DNA of 64,000 nucleotides from Alphaproteobacteria bacterium. GTDB lineage: Bacteria > Pseudomonadota > Alphaproteobacteria > Holosporales > JBOFFI01. Below are positions 9,197-17,638 of this stretch, one piece after another. The DNA is taken from NCBI GenBank assembly GCA_051648545.1, contig JBOFFI010000049.1:12620-76619 (forward strand). The letters are read 5' to 3'. Under the pieces are notes generated by a model. The model was given only the letters and a program-made list of their open reading frames with translations, was not told where the DNA came from and searched no databases. The position numbers and the translations under genes were made by a program. Position 1 is the first letter of the stretch; every line of letters begins with the position of its first letter.

Positions 9197-11062
9197 TTAA
9201 AAATAGAGAAATGCGCTGACTTGCTCGATGTGCGTGTCCCAATCTGGCTCTGTCCCCCAAAAAAGCGGAATAACGTCGCCAGTCCTAAATTCCCGGTTAA
9301 GCTTCGCCACCCCTTTAAAAATGATGGAAATATTGGAAGGTGTTTGCTCCCAGCTACCTCCCTTCGCAAGCAGTTCTCGAACATTTGGCTGTTCTCTACG
9401 CCGCGCCCCGATGCTCGAAGGTGCCTTCATCGCATCTCGCACAACCTTTGCATTTCGGGGTGTGACAAAAAAGACCACATATTTCCGCATATCAGACGTA
9501 GTCTCCTGAGAAAAAAGGTATTGAAGAAAAGGAATATCCTGGAGAAGTGGGACGCCATCTTTATCTTGTTTGGTAACCCGCTCATAAATGCCCCCCAGCA
9601 TCCCTGTTTCCCCAAATTTTAATTTTAGCGTTGTCGTGGCCTTGGTTTTAGCAATTTGAAACGTCTGATTTGCAATAGAAACAGCCCCTGGCGCCGGCGT
9701 GCTGCTCAAAATAGATCCTTCTAGCGAAATATCTAGCAGGGTTTTGTTCTTGTCTTCTTGAACTTCCAGGGGTGTCACCTCTAGGGTAATGCCTGTTTGA
9801 ACCTCGCCGATGCTTCCTCCTGTGGTCCCGGAGATTCCTCCTCTAATGGTATCTCCTGAGAAAAAAGTCGATTTTTTCTTTTCATAGGTGCTGAGGGTTG
9901 GCCGTGCAATCACTTCAATACGTTTGTCCACCGCGTTGGCGATGTTGAGGTTATACTGAATCGTGGCCCAGGTGATGTTGCGCTTAAACGTTTGGGTGAG
10001 GTTAGTAGTAGCAGGTGTACCGGTGGTAAAATTCTTCACCATATTATAATCAGCAGACTGCGGGGTCAGGTTCACCGAAAAGTTATTTAAAATGTTAAAA
10101 CCTTTGCTTGTAGCGGTCTCTTCGCTGACCCTCAGGAGAAAGCAGTCCAAAATCACCACATGTTGGGTTTCTTTTTCTGGTTTTTCTGGGGCGGCTCCTT
10201 GGGGCAAGGTTCCGGGCGCCCCTTGGGAAGGCGGCTGGGCTGGACTCAGCCCTGGCTGAGAAGATGGATCTGCAGGAGGGGCCGCGCCACCGTCCTCATC
10301 AGCAATGGGCTGAAGCTGCCTTGGGTGGGTGTGGGAATGAAACCAATCCTCCATCCGACGTTTTAAAAAATGAATGTCTGGGTCTTTGCCTCCAACCAAA
10401 TTAACCAGGTGAGCCAAATTCTTCTGGGCCTGTTCCCTCTCACCCGTTGCTGCAAACACCATGGCTGCCGTTCGGTAAAAAAGCGGTTTAACCGAAGCTT
10501 TACCTTGGTTGCTCACCAGGGATAAGAGCTTTTGCACGCTTCCCCGGGCCACCTCCAGATCTTGAGCATAATAAGAGGCAACAGCTAAATCATGTAACGC
10601 CGTGGTGTCGTTTGGGTTCAGCAATAAAGCCTGAGCCAAAAAATCTTGAGCACCGACATAGTCTTTCTTCTTCAGCTTAAAACGCCCCATGAAATAGGCG
10701 GCATGAAAATCCGTTGGATCTAACGAGAAAGCAGTCTCATAAGCAACGGTTACCAGCTCAGATTTATCATCTGCACCTTTATCCATCATAGCTTCATAAA
10801 TCAGCCCATTCATCAAATGGAGCTTACCCATACGAGGATAGCTCTGCAGCGCAACATTAATAAGACGTGAAGCCTCCGAAAGCTTCCCTTTTTTAATTTT
10901 TTGTTTAGCCTGCTGGAGATAACCATAGCAGGGAGAAGACTCGCGTTTTTTGTTTAAATAAGAGGCTGGACCTTGGGTGACTGGTTTTTCACGCTGCTCG
11001 GCGGCGCATCCTGCGAGAATCGCCAAAACCCATGCGTGGTACCACGGTTTTTTTATCAACAA
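9197..11062 (-). CDS. Outer-membrane secretin-family lipoprotein with an N-terminal TPR module
   Basis: The lipobox is VLAILAGC. Residues ~50-230 form TPR-like repeats, and residues ~251-300 form a Pro/Gln/Ala-rich linker. The C-terminal secretin domain includes IEVIARPTL...GVPLLQDIPFLQYLFSQETTSDMRKYVVFFVTPR. The gene starts with TTG. Confidence 0.75.
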   Translation of the reverse strand: MLIKKPWYHAWVLAILAGCAAEQREKPVTQGPASYLNKKRESSPCYGYLQQAKQKIKKGKLSEASRLINVALQSYPRMGKLHLMNGLIYEAMMDKGADDKSELVTVAYETAFSLDPTDFHAAYFMGRFKLKKKDYVGAQDFLAQALLLNPNDTTALHDLAVASYYAQDLEVARGSVQKLLSLVSNQGKASVKPLFYRTAAMVFAATGEREQAQKNLAHLVNLVGGKDPDIHFLKRRMEDWFHSHTHPRQLQPIADEDGGAAPPADPSSQPGLSPAQPPSQGAPGTLPQGAAPEKPEKETQHVVILDCFLLRVSEETATSKGFNILNNFSVNLTPQSADYNMVKNFTTGTPATTNLTQTFKRNITWATIQYNLNIANAVDKRIEVIARPTLSTYEKKKSTFFSGDTIRGGISGTTGGSIGEVQTGITLEVTPLEVQEDKNKTLLDISLEGSILSSTPAPGAVSIANQTFQIAKTKATTTLKLKFGETGMLGGIYERVTKQDKDGVPLLQDIPFLQYLFSQETTSDMRKYVVFFVTPRNAKVVRDAMKAPSSIGARRREQPNVRELLAKGGSWEQTPSNISIIFKGVAKLNREFRTGDVIPLFWGTEPDWDTHIEQVSAFLYF

Positions 11063-11192
11063 TTTTTTTATATCCCCTTATTATTATAAGGGTATTTTAA
11101 TAAAACTCTCTTAGATGTAAAGCGTTTTTTACCTCTGTGTATAGGTTCATATGAAATGAGACTCAAGCAGCCCGTTGATAAGATTATGGCAC

Positions 11193-11338
11193 TAGACCTC
11201 TTTCGAAACCACTTTTAGGGAACTGAGAGGCAGAAACTAACGGAGCGCAAGACCGGAGTGTACTTAGGGTACATGAGGATCTGAGAACCGGAGTGACGCA
11301 CCCATCGGCCCATAAAAGGAAGTTTCGAAAGAGGTCTA
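11193..11338. repeat. 146-bp palindromic element bounded by a perfect 17-bp inverted repeat (MITE/RPE-like or the core of a structured RNA)
   Basis: TAGACCTCTTTCGAAAC (11193-11209) is the exact reverse complement of GTTTCGAAAGAGGTCTA (11322-11338). The arms extend imperfectly inward (CTTTTAGGG versus CCCATAAAAG). The outermost bases are TA on both sides. Confidence 0.5.
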
Positions 11339-11501
11339 CTGTTAACAACAGTCGTTCGATAAAGCCAAAGAGGCGAAGCAAGGTACAGGGGCACATGGTA
11401 ACGCATCCATCACGACCACCCGATCCGCTTTCTCCCGCTACGAGAAAGCAGCATCTGAGCAAAGGGCCTGCTTGCACGAATGTTTCTCAAGATGTACCAG
11501 T

Positions 11502-12809
11502 TTACCGGAAGCTCACCCAGACAGACTCACCCTTCCTGTTGTGGAGGTTATTAAATTTTTCCCGAAGGCGTAAGGCTTCTGGCACAGAAATATCTAGATT
11601 TTGCAAATCTGTACTTCGGATCGCTCCCAATAAAGCAGTTAGGCCTGCGTCTCCTATGTTATTAGCCTCCAGCCTAAGCCGTATAAGCGTGCTTGGAAGC
11701 CTTTGGGCTAGGGCTTTTGCCCCTTCGTCTCCAATGTTGTTAGCACTCAGGTCAAGCCATATAAGCGTCCTTGGAAGGCCTGCGGCGAGGGCTTTGGCTC
11801 CTTCATCTCCAATGTTGTTCTTGTTCAGAAAAAGATGCTGAAGGGTAGCTGGAAGGTGCTGGGCGAGGGCTTTGGCCCCTTCGTCTCCAAGCTTGTTATA
11901 GCTCAGATCAAGATACTGAAGGGTAGCTGGAAGGCCTGCGGCGAGGGCTTTGGCTCCTTCATCTCCAATGTTGTTATAGTCCAGAAAAAGATGCTGAAGG
12001 GTAGCTGGAAGGCCTGCGGCGAGGGCTTTGGCTCCTTCATCTCCAATGTTGTTCTTGTTCAGAAAAAGATGCTGAAGGGTAGCTGGAAGGTGCTGGGCGA
12101 AGGCTTTGGCCCCTTCGTCTCCAAGCTTGTTATAGCTCAGATCAAGATACTGAAGGGTAGCTGGAAGGCCTGCGGCGAGGGCTTTGGCTCCTTCGTCTCC
12201 AATGTTGTTCTTGTTCAGAAAAAGCCCTATAAGCGTACTGGGGAGGTGTTGGGCCAAGGCTTTAGCCTCTTCGTCTCCAATCTTGTTATTGCTCAGCTTA
12301 AGCTCTTCAAGAGAACGGGGAAAAATTGGTCCTAGGTCTTTGAAGCCCTCTGGGCTGATCTGTTGCCCTGTTAGGTCCAGCTTTTTTATCGGCGCGTGGC
12401 GAAAGAGATTTACGAAAACCTCTAGAAGCTTTTTGCCTTCCCCAAATTTAGCCGTTGTTAAACCCCTAAAGAATTCTTTCAATTGTTGCCTGTTTAGGAG
12501 GTTGCCCGAGCTTTTGATATCGGTGATAAATTGGGGGAGCAACTCCCCCAATTTTTTCTCAACCAAACGCATTTTTTGGAGATCAGGTTTTGCAAGCCCC
12601 TCAAGGATCAATTTGATGATTTCCGCTGGAATCATCTTCAAAGACGTCCGGTCAGCAGGCGTAGCAGGGGCCACCTCGTGGGCGGGGTCGCTTGTTTCGC
12701 CGGTGGCTTGATTGATTTTAGAACCTGATCCTGCCATAGCAAGAAATGGCGTCATCAAAGCAATGAAAGCAAGCTTCAAGAGCACCTTTTGGGTCAATCT
12801 GTGATACAT
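11502..12809 (-). CDS. Eukaryote-like F-box plus leucine-rich-repeat (26-residue CC-type LRR) protein, putative effector
   Basis: The N-terminus is hydrophobic. Residues ~58-95 form an F-box-like motif, MIPAEIIKLILEGLAKPDLQKMRLVEKKLGELL. Nine tandem 26-aa repeats of the form LQxLxLxxNNIGDEGAKALAxxLPAT follow. Confidence 0.75.
   Translation of the reverse strand: MYHRLTQKVLLKLAFIALMTPFLAMAGSGSKINQATGETSDPAHEVAPATPADRTSLKMIPAEIIKLILEGLAKPDLQKMRLVEKKLGELLPQFITDIKSSGNLLNRQQLKEFFRGLTTAKFGEGKKLLEVFVNLFRHAPIKKLDLTGQQISPEGFKDLGPIFPRSLEELKLSNNKIGDEEAKALAQHLPSTLIGLFLNKNNIGDEGAKALAAGLPATLQYLDLSYNKLGDEGAKAFAQHLPATLQHLFLNKNNIGDEGAKALAAGLPATLQHLFLDYNNIGDEGAKALAAGLPATLQYLDLSYNKLGDEGAKALAQHLPATLQHLFLNKNNIGDEGAKALAAGLPRTLIWLDLSANNIGDEGAKALAQRLPSTLIRLRLEANNIGDAGLTALLGAIRSTDLQNLDISVPEALRLREKFNNLHNRKGESVWVSFR
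11610..12311 (-). repeat. Coding tandem repeat with a 78-bp unit and a 234-bp higher-order period (the LRR array)
   Basis: Long near-identical stretches recur, for example cttcatctccaatgttgttcttgttcagaaaaagatgctgaagggtagctgg at 11801 and again at 12035. The repeats are in frame with the LRR protein. Confidence 0.85.
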
Positions 12810-13010
12810 AACGCCTCCACTTATATAATAAATTCAAGTAATTATAGCATATCCTCAAAAGATTTTTTAATTGTTAATTTTCGCCTGAATGGGACAAAAA
12901 TTTAGATTCCAAGAACGCTCTGAAATACCGTGACAAAGGGGGATGCTTTTATAAAAGGTATTTAAAAAATTTTAATGGAGAAATGGTATTAACAGAACCC
13001 AAACCCTTCC

Positions 13011-14417
13011 TTACAAGAAAAAGGTTGCTAACGTCAAAAAAATAGCAAAACCAAAAACATCTGTCGTGGTCGTCAATAGAGGCCCTGCACTGAGGGCTGG
13101 ATCCATCCCCAGGCGATGAACGAGGATCGGCAAGCTGGTCCCTGCAATCCCTGCCCAAAGCATGTTAAACATCATGGCACCTCCCAAAACGACCCCCAGT
13201 TGGATCTCATGAAACCAAGCCGCGACTAAAACGCCCAACAAGCACGCGAAAAAAAAACCATTCAGCAGCGCCACGGAAATTTCCTTCCAAATGGCTCGCA
13301 GCATGTTAGCCGTGTCCAATTCCCGAGTAGCCAGGGCCCTGACGGTCACCGTCACCACTTGCATGCCAGAATTACCCCCCATAGCCGCAACAATCGGCAT
13401 CAACACCGCCACGGCAATTTTCTTCTCAAGGGTTGCTTGAAATTGAGAAATGACACCCGATGCGATCAGCGTATTAATCAGCGTCACCAAAAGCCAACGA
13501 ATCCTGGCAAAGCTGGTGCTAAGAATCGGTGCATAAAAATCTGATTCTGAAACACCTGCTAGGTGCATAATGTCTTCTTCTGCTTCTTCGTCAATAACGT
13601 GCACCACGTCATCCACCGTAATGATTCCCAAAAGCCGCCCCGATGCATCCACCACTGGGGCAGAAACAAGGGAATATTGACGAAAAATTTGAGCCACTTC
13701 CTCTTGGTCAACCGTCGCCATAATCCGATGCAAATCCGTTTGCATCACATCTGTCAGAGATATCTCAGGGGCTGTGGTTAACAGCTTACTCAAGGGAACA
13801 ACCCCTAGCGGGTGGTGCTTTGGATCTACAATAAAAACGTTATAAAAATGCTCTGGAAGGTTTTGGTTTTCAAGGATAAATTGGCGAGTTTGTTGAACCG
13901 TCCAGTATGAGGGAACTGCAACCAATTCCCGTTGCATTAAACGACCTGCACTATCTTCTGGATAGGTTAGGATTTCTTCAAAAATAGCACGATTCTTAGA
14001 AGAAAATGCTTCTAAAACTTCTTGACGCCTGGTTTCTTCCAGCTCTTCAAGGATCAAGAAAGCATCATCGCTCTCCAAGCGAGCGAGGGCTTCTGCGAGC
14101 TCTTCTGTTCCCAAAAAGCTGAGAACCTCGCTTCGAACCGTCTCATCTAGAAAGCTTAAGATTTCTGGATTAAGACGTGTTATCAACAAACCCATCAGCT
14201 GTAAACGGTGATCACCTCGAAGGTATTGAATAAGCCGCGCCGTATCCGAAGGGTGAAGCGCATCGAGTAACTCAACAATCTCGCAAAGTTGCTCAGGCGG
14301 CTGGGGAGAGATGTTTGCTTCTTCAAATGATTTTTCAAGCAGAGCTACCAGATGGTTTAAATCATGGTTTGAATACCCCTCTTGATGGGAATCAGAAAAA
14401 GAAGATTGTCGCTCCAT
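13011..14417 (-). CDS. mgtE: Magnesium transporter MgtE
   Basis: It has an MgtE N-domain, a CBS pair (PVVDASGRLLGIITVDDVVHVIDEEAEEDI) and a C-terminal 5-TM domain. Its start overlaps the maeB stop (TAATG). Confidence 0.9.
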   Translation of the reverse strand: MERQSSFSDSHQEGYSNHDLNHLVALLEKSFEEANISPQPPEQLCEIVELLDALHPSDTARLIQYLRGDHRLQLMGLLITRLNPEILSFLDETVRSEVLSFLGTEELAEALARLESDDAFLILEELEETRRQEVLEAFSSKNRAIFEEILTYPEDSAGRLMQRELVAVPSYWTVQQTRQFILENQNLPEHFYNVFIVDPKHHPLGVVPLSKLLTTAPEISLTDVMQTDLHRIMATVDQEEVAQIFRQYSLVSAPVVDASGRLLGIITVDDVVHVIDEEAEEDIMHLAGVSESDFYAPILSTSFARIRWLLVTLINTLIASGVISQFQATLEKKIAVAVLMPIVAAMGGNSGMQVVTVTVRALATRELDTANMLRAIWKEISVALLNGFFFACLLGVLVAAWFHEIQLGVVLGGAMMFNMLWAGIAGTSLPILVHRLGMDPALSAGPLLTTTTDVFGFAIFLTLATFFL

Positions 14418-16744
14418 TATCCCCCCTGCTCAAGTTGCATATCGTCTTGGGAAAAATAAAATGTTTGCTCACTTTGGTGTTTTTGAGCATCCACAACTGC
14501 AATCCCGGTCATGTTTGCGATACCCCGAGATGTGACCGATGGTGTTAAGATATGGGCTGGTTTTTGCAATCCCAACAAAATGGGGCCAAGGGATTGACCG
14601 TCCCCCAAAACCTTAGCAATGTTAAGCGCAATGTTCGCAGATTCTAGTTGGGGGAAAATTAACAAATTAGGAACGCCTTTCAGGCGGGAGTTCGGGAAAA
14701 TACGTTGGCGAATCTCAGGATTAAGCGCCGCATCCGCATGCATTTCACCTTCCAACTCAACATCTGGCATCAACAAGCTCAAGGTTTCCAGGGCCTTACG
14801 CATCATTGAAGAAGATTCGCTGGAAGAAGACCCAAAATTAGAGTGAGACAACAGCGCTATCTTTGGGACAAGCCCAAAATGCCGAAGGTGTTGGGCCGCC
14901 ATCATGGTGATTTCAACAATTTCATCTGCATTTGGCGTGTGGTTCACATATCCATCGGAAAAGAAAAAGAACCCTTTTTCCAGCACCATCCCACTCAAAG
15001 CAGCCGCCACACGGTTATTTGGGGTAAGCCCTAGAATATCTTTTAGGTGCACCAAATGATGTTCATAACGCCCCACAGGGCCACACAGTGCGGCATCCGC
15101 ATCGCCTTTTTGGGTCATCAACGCTGCAATCACGGTTGTGTTTGTGCGCAAAATGGTTTTTGCGTGGTCCTGGGTGATCCCCTTACGCTCCATCAAATGA
15201 TGGTAAGTCCGCCAATAATCTCCATAACGACCATCATTTTCTGGGTCAACCAATTCAAAATCTTTGTCTAGCTTCAGCCGGAGCCCCAGCTTTTTCAGGC
15301 GCATAGAAACCACCTCGCGACGCCCGATTAAAATAGGATACGCAATCCCATCATCCACAACTGTTTGAACAGCCCGCAAAATGCGCTCATCTTCTCCTTC
15401 TGCATACACAACACGCTTAGGATCACGCTTTGCGCTGGCAAGCACCGGTTTCATGATCATCCCTGAGCGAAACACAAATTCAGAGAGTTTTTGGTGATAT
15501 GCCTCAAAATCATCAATTGGCCGGGTTGCCACCCCTGTTTCCATCGCAGCCTTTGCAACAGCTGGCGCAAGCTGGGTGATGAGTCTTGGATCAAACGGCT
15601 TAGGGATGAGGTATTCACGACCAAAATGCTGTTCTTCCCCCCCATAAGCTGAAGTTACAACGTCGGAGGGCTCTGCCAAAGCTAAATCTGCAAGGGCCTG
15701 CACGCACGCCATCTTCATGGCTTCGTTAATCTGCGTTGCCCCCACATCCAAAGCACCCCGAAAAATATAAGGAAAGCACAGCACATTGTTGACCTGGTTG
15801 GGATAGTCTGAACGACCCGTTGCAATGATCGCATCGTCTCGCACTTCACGCACCTTCTCCGGTAAAATCTCTGGCACAGGATTAGCGAGCGCTAAGATAA
15901 GCGGAGAAGGCGCCATGGCTTTCACCATATCCTGGGTAACCACCCCTGCTGCAGAAAGCCCTAAAAAGATGTCAGCTCCCGGCATAGCATCTGCCAATTT
16001 TCTCGCATCCGTCTTTTGAGCATAGCGGTTCTTGTAAGCATCCATTTTTTCAGCGCGCCCTTCATAGAGGATGCCTGCTTGGTCTGCCACATAAATATTT
16101 TCTCGCTTCAACCCAAAAGCCACCATCAAATCTAAGCAAGACAGCGCTGCGGCTCCCGCTCCAGAAACCACACACTTGGCTGTTCCAATATCCTTGCCCA
16201 CAAGGCGCAAGCCGTTCAACACGGCTGCTGCAACGATGATGGCTGTTCCATGTTGATCATCATGGAAAACAGGAATCTTCATGCGTTCCCGCAACTTTTC
16301 TTCCACATAAAAACACTCAGGCGCTTTGATATCTTCCAGGTTAATCCCCCCAAAGGTGGGCTCTAAGCTGGCGATGATATCCACTAATTTTTCAGGATTG
16401 TTTTCTTGGATCTCTAAATCAAAAACGTCAAGCCCCGCAAATTTTTTAAAAAGAACCGCCTTCCCTTCCATCACAGGCTTGGCTGCCAGCGGGCCAATCG
16501 CTCCCAAGCCTAATACCGCTGTGCCATTGGTGATAACTGCAACTAAATTGCTACGGGTTGTAAGAGAAGCTGCTTCTAAAGGGTCTTTTGCAATGGCCTC
16601 ACAAGCCGCTGCAACACCAGGAGAATAGGCAAGCGCCAGGTCTTTTTGGGTTCCCAAAGGTTTCGTTGCAACAACCTTCAACTTTCCCGGAACAGGTTGC
16701 CGATGATATTCAAGGGCTGCTTTTAAAAACGCATCTGAAGACAT
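14417..16744 (-). CDS. maeB: NADP-dependent malic enzyme with a C-terminal phosphotransacetylase-like domain
   Basis: The N-terminus [42 protein letters not shown] is typical. At 775 aa it has the MaeB-type two-domain architecture. Confidence 0.9.
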   Translation of the reverse strand: MSSDAFLKAALEYHRQPVPGKLKVVATKPLGTQKDLALAYSPGVAAACEAIAKDPLEAASLTTRSNLVAVITNGTAVLGLGAIGPLAAKPVMEGKAVLFKKFAGLDVFDLEIQENNPEKLVDIIASLEPTFGGINLEDIKAPECFYVEEKLRERMKIPVFHDDQHGTAIIVAAAVLNGLRLVGKDIGTAKCVVSGAGAAALSCLDLMVAFGLKRENIYVADQAGILYEGRAEKMDAYKNRYAQKTDARKLADAMPGADIFLGLSAAGVVTQDMVKAMAPSPLILALANPVPEILPEKVREVRDDAIIATGRSDYPNQVNNVLCFPYIFRGALDVGATQINEAMKMACVQALADLALAEPSDVVTSAYGGEEQHFGREYLIPKPFDPRLITQLAPAVAKAAMETGVATRPIDDFEAYHQKLSEFVFRSGMIMKPVLASAKRDPKRVVYAEGEDERILRAVQTVVDDGIAYPILIGRREVVSMRLKKLGLRLKLDKDFELVDPENDGRYGDYWRTYHHLMERKGITQDHAKTILRTNTTVIAALMTQKGDADAALCGPVGRYEHHLVHLKDILGLTPNNRVAAALSGMVLEKGFFFFSDGYVNHTPNADEIVEITMMAAQHLRHFGLVPKIALLSHSNFGSSSSESSSMMRKALETLSLLMPDVELEGEMHADAALNPEIRQRIFPNSRLKGVPNLLIFPQLESANIALNIAKVLGDGQSLGPILLGLQKPAHILTPSVTSRGIANMTGIAVVDAQKHQSEQTFYFSQDDMQLEQGG

Positions 16745-16846
16745 ACGCGTACTCTCCCATCAAACAGAGGTAACAAAACACCAAAATTATCTATTTCTAC
16801 CACAGGCTTTAAAGACCGCACCAACCTAGCTCCCCTGAGAGTAGGC

Positions 16847-16933
16847 TGGTGCGGTCGAGAAGACTCGAACTTCCACGGGATCTCTCCCACAGCGACCTCA
16901 ACGCTGCGCGTCTACCAGTTCCGCCACGACCGC
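16847..16933 (-). tRNA. tRNA-Leu (anticodon GAG)
   Basis: The reverse complement is GCGGTCGTGGCGGAACTGGTAGACGCGCAGCGTTGAGGTCGCTGTGGGAGAGATCCCGTGGAAGTTCGAGTCTTCTCGACCGCACCA. It has a long variable arm, a CAGCG/CGCTG anticodon stem with loop TTGAGGT, and an encoded CCA. Confidence 0.9.
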
Positions 16934-17163
16934 TTTATACCTATTACAAACTTTTTAAGAGGAAAAGATGAAACCATTTTTCTCATCACGCCTCTTGAAA
17001 AGAACCGATCAACACCACGCATAAAACAAGTGTTTATCTTTTTAGGTCCCCTTCTAAATTCGAATAACAGAACCCACCCCGAAACGCAAGCTTTTTTGTC
17101 GTTTTTTTCACGAATTCCAACAGGGTGACAAGGATAATCTTCTCACAACCAAAGGCCTATCGC

Positions 17164-17634
17164 TTAACGACTTTGTTTCAAAAGCACAGCTTTTTGGCGT
17201 TTCCAGTCTCGCTCTTTAATGGCTTCGCGTTTATCTTGTGTTTTCTTCCCCTCTGCAACCCCCAACTCTAGCTTGATCATTCCCCTTGGGTTGAGGTAAA
17301 GGGACATGGGGATCAACGTCATACCTTTGCGTGTCACAAGGCCCGATAATTTTCTGATTTCGCGCCCCCGCGCCAACAGCTTTCGCCGCCGCCGAGGCTC
17401 ATGGTTTGTATACCCACCCTGCTTATATTCAGGGATAAACGCATTAATCAAAAAAAGCTCTGCGTTTTCAGGAGAAACGTAAGCCTCCCCCAAACTCGCC
17501 TGCCCTGCCCGCAGAGATTTTACCTCTGTCCCTTGCAAGACAACACCTGTCTCCAGGGTTTGATGGATGAAGTAATCAAACTTAGCCCTTCGGTTTTGAG
17601 CTACGATTTTACGGCCATCTCCCTGCTTCCCCAT
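17164..17634 (-). CDS. smpB: SsrA-binding protein SmpB
   Basis: The sequence IVAQNRRAKFDYFI...GVVLQGTEVKSLR...NHEPRRRRKLL is canonical SmpB. Confidence 0.92.
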   Translation of the reverse strand: MGKQGDGRKIVAQNRRAKFDYFIHQTLETGVVLQGTEVKSLRAGQASLGEAYVSPENAELFLINAFIPEYKQGGYTNHEPRRRRKLLARGREIRKLSGLVTRKGMTLIPMSLYLNPRGMIKLELGVAEGKKTQDKREAIKERDWKRQKAVLLKQSR

Positions 17635-17638
17635 AAGC

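Noticed and set aside
11164-11474. Possible RNase P RNA or two-piece alphaproteobacterial tmRNA, suggested by the size, the closing helix and short matches such as GGTAACGC, CACGACCA and GCCGATGG to E. coli M1 RNA.
   Set aside because: The matches are isolated 8-mers on both strands, and I would expect a few such matches by chance at these lengths. The universal RNase P blocks (GAGGAAAGUCCGG, ACAGAA.CCGGCUUA, GGUAAGAGC) are absent. There is no tRNA-like acceptor/T-arm with GGUUCGA..CCA, and no ANDN...AA tag frame.
11610-12311. Regularly spaced near-identical repeats that could be mistaken for a CRISPR array or a satellite.
   Set aside because: The repeats are contiguous with no spacers. The 78-bp period equals 26 codons, and the repeats are in frame within a long ORF that encodes canonical LRR units.
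11293-12711. Plus-strand ORFs of 182, 166 and 175 aa (11293..11841, 11835..12335, 12184..12711).
   Set aside because: They are antisense shadows of the LRR repeat array and translate to low-complexity, repeat-mirrored peptides. They have no RBS, and the minus-strand frame gives a coherent domain architecture.
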